From the NCBI GenBank assembly GCA_002269645.1, contig NIVC01005004.1, positions 1-28,703 on the forward strand: a stretch of DNA of 28,703 bases, given 5' to 3'. The translations under genes were made by a program, and so were the position numbers. Source of the DNA: Macrostomum lignano. Its lineage: Eukaryota. A model generated the notes under the pieces. The model searched no databases and was not told the origin of the DNA. It worked only from the letters and a program-made list of their open reading frames with translations. Below are positions 25,001-28,703 of this stretch, piece by piece (the stretch's first letter is position 1; every line of letters starts with the position of its first letter).

Positions 25001-26904
25001 GCCATATGACACTATAGTTAGGCGCCATATGACACTATAGTTAGGCGCCATATGGCACTATAGTTAGGCGCCGTATGACACTATAGTTAGGCGCCGTATG
25101 ACACTATAGTTAGGCGCCATATGACACTCTAAGTGGCGCCACATTACAATCTAGTTAGGCGCCATATGACACTATAGTTAGGCGCCATATGACACTATAG
25201 TTAGGCGCCATATGACACTATAGTTAGGCGCCAAACTAAACTTCTCCAAAACATTTCATGCCAGACAAAACACACTCATTAATTGCTCATTAATTATTAA
25301 TCACCCCACACATACAGGTGAAGCTGTCCGCCTTGCCCGCGACTTCAACTACTTGTGCGAGACGGAGTTCCCAGCGAGGGCCTGTGCTGACTACCTGAAC
25401 AGAGGCGTCAGCCCGGACCCAGTTGAGATGCAGCACCGCAAAAGCTCCATTGTAGCGGCTAAGTAAGTTTGTAGGCCTTTAACCATTTTTAGTATACGAG
25501 ATTTTATTTGCTACTTCCAGTAGCTGATACGAATAAGTTGTGGGCTGTAGAACGTTACAAATCAAAGCTAAAAATATACTTTTTTAAAACTTAAATCCAA
25601 TCTAATCCATTCTGTTAATCACTTCATCTACAAAATACTTCTCGTGTCGCCCTCTCTCTCCTGTCTCCCTCTCCTGTCTCCCTCTTTCTCCTGTCTCCCT
25701 CTCTCTCCTGTCTCCGCCTCTCTCTCCTCTCTCCCTCTCTCTCCTGTCTCCCTCTCTCTCCTGTCTCCGCCTCTCTCTCTGTCTCCCTCTTTCTCCTGTC
25801 TCCCTCTCTCTCCTGTCTCCCTCTCTCTCTGTCTCCCTCTCTCTCCTGTCTCCTCTCTCTCTGTCTCCCTCTCTCTCCTGTCTCCCTCTCTCTCCTGTCT
25901 CCCTCTCTCTCCTGTCTCCCTCTGTCTCTGTCTCCCTCTCTCTCCTGTCTCCCTCTCTCTCTGTCTCCCTCTCTCTCCTGTCTCCCTCTCTCTCCTGTCT
26001 CCCTCTCTCTCTGTCTCCCTCTCTCTCCTGTCTCCCTCCCTCTCCTGTCTCCCTCTCTCTCCTGTCTCCCTCTCTCTCCTGTCTCCCTCTCTCTCCTGTC
26101 TCCGCCTCTCTCTCATGTCTCCCTCTTTCTCCTGTCTCCCTCTCTCTCCTGTCTCCCTCTCTCTCCTGTCTCCCTCTCTCTCCTGTCTCCCTCTCTCTCT
26201 GTCTCCCTCTCTCTCCTGTCTCCCTCTCTCTCCTGTCTCCCTCTCTCTCCTGTCTCCGCCTCTCTCTCATGTCTCCCTCTTTCTCCTGTCTCCCTCTCTC
26301 TCCTGTCTCCCTCTCTCTCTGTCTCCCTCTCCCTCCTGTCTCTCCTCTCAGGGGGCTATTCCATTTGAGGGGACGCCATTCCTTTAAAGGGGTCGCCATT
26401 TCATCTCTAAGGGGCGCCATTCCTTTTAAGGGGCGCCATTCAATTTGAGGGGCGCCATTCCATTTTAGGGAGCGCCATTCATTTTATGTGGGCGCCATTC
26501 AATTTGTGGGGCGCCATTCCATTGGAGGGCGTCATTCAATCTGAGGGAGTGTTACACATGTAACTTTATCTAACGGTTCGCCCCCCCCCCAAAACAAAAA
26601 TCAGAGGCCTACTCCAAGAGGTCACGGACATGCTCAACAAAGACCGCTCCCATTGTGCAACACGCGGCCAAACGCGGTACTGGACGGCGGCATCCAGCGT
26701 CACCTGACTCACTTCAGCCTCATCACTCACGGGTTCGGTGCTCCGGCAATGGTGTCGGCGTTCACAGTGGTGCAGAGCATTCTCAGTGAGATGGTGAAGT
26801 CGCTGGATAGAGAGATGTCCGGCCTGACGCCCGTTGCCAGCGCGGGAAAAATGGCCGGCTCCGATATGCATTCAGGCGGTGGAAAGCATCATGATAAGCA
26901 GTGA
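13289..26904 (+). CDS. TFAP2: AP-2 (TFAP2 family) transcription factor, spliced gene; about 511 aa without the micro-exon if the 1-nt deletion in the last exon is restored
   Basis: Join 13289-13324, 18575-19204, 19287-19341, 21866-22234, 25318-25462, 26605-26904. All junctions are GT-AG with matching phases (0,0,1,1,2). The translation contains [103 protein letters not shown] and [12 protein letters not shown], which I recognise as AP-2 family hallmarks. The family call is firm; the 5' exon structure is less certain. Confidence 0.95.
13853..13882 (+). CDS. TFAP2: Possible second alternative first exon, [10 protein letters not shown]
   Basis: ATG at 13853, 10 codons, weak donor CAA|GTATTA, phase 0. 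Loosely resembles vertebrate TFAP2 N-termini MLVHSFSAM and MLVHTYSAME (recalled). Confidence 0.3.
14026..16620. repeat. Intronic minisatellite, 19-20 bp unit CATCACTCAAACAGAACA(A/G/GC)
   Basis: About 135 units. The 20-bp variant dominates after about 15030. Source of the 915-aa pseudo-ORF. Confidence 0.99.
16706..16741 (+). CDS. TFAP2: Candidate 36-nt in-frame micro-exon, [12 protein letters not shown]
   Basis: Acceptor TTCGCAG| at 16705, donor AAG|GTAATT at 16741/16742, phase 0 at both ends, no stop. Lies in a unique-sequence island between two arrays. Confidence 0.45.
17095..17820. repeat. Intronic C-rich minisatellite, 15-bp unit CCCCTCCCAGATCCG (5' variant CCCTCTCCGATCCGC)
   Basis: About 45 units in two variant blocks. 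Confidence 0.99.
18575..19204 (+). CDS. TFAP2: AP-2 activation-domain exon with PY motif, Ala13, Gln9 and Gln14/5/13 tracts
   Basis: Acceptor ACTTTTTCTTCCAG| at 18574, with an in-frame alternative ACGCAG| at 18613 that would start DRRSG. Encodes [12 protein letters not shown]. Donor CAG|GTTAAT at 19204/19205. Confidence 0.88.
19287..19341 (+). CDS. TFAP2: Short internal AP-2 exon, [18 protein letters not shown](G)
   Basis: Acceptor TTTGCAG| at 19286 after an 82-nt intron; donor G|GTAAGT, phase 1. Resembles the vertebrate segment EDPGINIPDQTVIKKG. Confidence 0.85.
19365..20397. repeat. Intronic minisatellite, about 23-bp unit GGATCCTGACACTTCTGACCCTC
   Basis: About 45 units, starting 24 nt into the intron after exon 19287-19341. 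Confidence 0.99.
20989..21842. repeat. Intronic minisatellite, 44-46 bp unit CATGAGTCACATCTGACACACCTAATCCAACAGTCATTAGCAAA
   Basis: 19 units, ending about 23 nt before the acceptor of the DNA-binding exon. Confidence 0.99.
21866..22234 (+). CDS. TFAP2: AP-2 basic DNA-binding-region exon
   Basis: Acceptor CTCAG| at 21865 (phase 1). Encodes [53 protein letters not shown]...LLTSLVE. Donor G|GTGAGT at 22234/22235. The supplied ORF runs past this donor into intronic repeat. Confidence 0.97.
22310..22612. repeat. Intronic G-rich minisatellite, 23-bp unit GTCGGGACGGGATCTCGGGACAA
   Basis: About 13 units, starting about 75 nt after the donor at 22235. Confidence 0.99.
23332..25233. repeat. Intronic minisatellite, 23-bp unit ATGACACTCTAAGTTGGCGCCA(C/T), shifting to ATGACACTATAGTTAGGCGCCAT at the 3' end
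   Basis: About 80 units with an internal higher-order duplication. Confidence 0.99.
25318..25462 (+). CDS. TFAP2: AP-2 helix-span-helix exon (first helix)
   Basis: Acceptor CATACAG| at 25317. Encodes (G)[47 protein letters not shown](K). Donor AA|GTAAGT, phase 2. Absent from the ORF track. Confidence 0.95.
25640..26348. repeat. Intronic polypyrimidine minisatellite, about 17-bp unit CTCCTGTCTCCCTCTCT
   Basis: About 40 units; source of the ERGRQ and SLSLLSP pseudo-ORFs. Confidence 0.98.
26351..26540. repeat. Diverged intronic minisatellite, 19-21 bp unit GGGGCGCCATTC-N7-9
   Basis: About 10 units with a conserved GGCGCCATTC core, abutting the preceding array. Confidence 0.9.
26605..26904 (+). 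CDS. TFAP2: AP-2 terminal exon (second helix of the dimerisation domain) with an apparent 1-nt frameshift
   Basis: Acceptor AATCAG| at 26604. [15 protein letters not shown] is in one frame and [29 protein letters not shown]...KHHDKQ-stop (TGA 26902-26904) is in another. One extra C at 26649-26651 restores DRSPLCNTRP. Confidence 0.9.
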   Translation, partial: RPTPRGHGHAQQRPLPLCNTRPNAVLDGGIQRHLTHFSLITHGFGAPAMVSAFTVVQSILSEMVKSLDREMSGLTPVASAGKMAGSDMHSGGGKHHDKQ

Positions 26905-27150
26905 CTGATTTGCTAATATTTAACTTGAAGAGTTTCAAGCTTGCAAAGTTTTCTTGAAGTTAAATAATTCTTTATTATTGTTTTTCCTGTCGATTTTTGT
27001 GCATTATCGAACTAATTCAGCAGTCTTAAATAAGAATTAAACAGGAATTAAAGCACCCTTGTTTTTGCGTGAAATCTTCAATTTTTGCGAGTTTCGCCCC
27101 ATATTAACTGCACATATTGAGTGGCTGGTCAAGAGCTGCGCTCTCCTATC

Positions 27151-27886
27151 CTCTTCTAGCGCCACCTGACCCTTCTAGCGCCCCTGATCCATTCTAGCGC
27201 CCCCTGATCCATTCTAGCGCCCCCTGACCCCTTCTAGCGCCCCCTGTTCGCCTTCTAGCGCCCCCTGATCCCTTCTAGCGCCCCCTGATCCCTTCTAGCG
27301 CCCTCTGATCCCATCTAGCGCCCCTGACCCCTTCTAGCGCCCCCGATCCCTTCTAGCGCCCCGATCCCTTCTAGCGCCCCCCGATCCCTTCTAGCGCCCC
27401 CTGTTCCCCTTCTAGCGCTTCCTGACCCCTTCTAGCGCCCCCTGATCCATTCTAGCGCCCCCTGTTCCCCTTTTAGCGCCCCTGATCCTTTCTAGAGCCC
27501 CCTGATCCCTTCTAGCGCCCCCCTGTTCCCCTTCTAGCGCCCCCTGATCCCTTCTAGCGCCCCCTGTTCCCCTTCTAGCGCCCCCTGTCCCCTTCTAGCG
27601 CCCCCTGTCCCCTTCTAGCGCCCCAATGAGCCCTTCTAGCGCCCCCTGTCCCTTCTAGCGCCCCAATGAGCCCTTCTAGCGCCCCCTGTCCCCTTCTAGC
27701 GCCCCAATGAGCCCTTCTAGCGCCCCCTGTCCCCTTCTAGCGCCCCAATGAGCCCTTCTAGCGCCCCCTGTCCCTTCTAGCGCCCCAATGAGCCCTTCTA
27801 GCGCCCAATGAGCCTTCTAGCGCCCCCTGTCCCCTTCTAGCGCCCCAATGAGCCCTTCTAGCGCCCCAATGAGCCCTTCTAGCGCC
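27151..27886. repeat. Minisatellite downstream of the stop codon, 19-22 bp unit CCCTTCTAGCGCCCC(CTGAT/CTGTT/AATGAG)
   Basis: About 35 units with a progressive change of linker variant. Confidence 0.98.
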
Positions 27887-28703
27887 TTCCTGGCTGCTTC
27901 TCCAAACAGATGCTAATCTGTCTTAATCCACCAAAGTTGCTATTGAATCAGACCTTCTGGATCTAAATTTAGAAAACGTGTATCAACAATGCCCGGCAGT
28001 CTTGACTCTATACTTGTGCTCATTTATGTCGTATTTGTTTTAACGAGCTTCAATATCTATAATATGCATGTTTTATTGTCCACCTGATTTCTAAATAATC
28101 TCTTAACAGCCATTAACAAAGCCTTTTTGGCTGTGGACGCCCCATAATTAAAATATATACTTCTGTCCCAATTTAAATTTTGACATCTATTTTTGACTTA
28201 TGCCTACTAAAAGTAGACTAATTGAGACGCATTGTATTATAAATGTACAAGAGTAATTAGATGAATAAATAATTTTAAATACGCTCGATATCTACTGTTC
28301 ATCAAATAAACTTGCTAAATTGAGCACAATGATACGCAACTGCACACTAATGCACAGACATTTTAAGTATAAGCAAGCGTATATAAATTAATATAATTCA
28401 CATGTGCTATTGTTAATCGCCACTATATATAATAAAGCTATGTAAGTATAATTTTTCCTCAACAGTACAATCGGATTAATGCACGAATTATCTAATAATT
28501 ATTCAACTGTCCTCTTGTCTGCGCACCAAAAAATTCAACAATGTGAAAATAAAAACCCAAAAACGTAAATTTTGTTCGCAATGTTCGAGTAATATTGTCT
28601 TGCTAATTTTTTTGACGCGATATTTTTAATTTTTATAGATTTTTTAAAGGCTCGCTTCTGGGAGCTGCGAGGATCTGGGAGGCTGGCCCAGCAACTGAGG
28701 ATG

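Noticed and set aside
25602-26420. Charged ERGRQ and Ser/Leu-rich ORFs
   Set aside because: Translations of the 17-bp polypyrimidine array.

Overview
Animal (eukaryotic) genomic DNA, not prokaryotic. It holds one recognisable gene, a + strand AP-2 (TFAP2 family) transcription factor, rebuilt by hand from splice signals and reading-frame phases. Exons: candidate first coding exon 13289-13324, possible micro-exon 16706-16741, then 18575-19204 (PY motif, polyQ/polyA), 19287-19341, 21866-22234 (basic DNA-binding region), 25318-25462 and 26605-26904 (helix-span-helix). The last exon has an apparent 1-nt deletion at about 26649-26651 that breaks the conserved DRSP motif. About 16 kb (roughly 55%) of the window is 16 unrelated tandem arrays, most with 19-23 bp units, filling the flanks and introns. 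Nearly all long ORFs in the supplied track are artefacts of these arrays. I found no CRISPR array, rRNA, intact tRNA or transposase, and no convincing new multi-gene system. The best leads are the frameshift, first exons resembling vertebrate TFAP2 alternative N-termini, a candidate micro-exon, a cluster of AP-2 sites upstream of the gene, and arrays that multiply single transcription-factor motifs. The species cannot be determined here; an invertebrate with a very repeat-rich genome (for example a flatworm such as Macrostomum) is only a guess.
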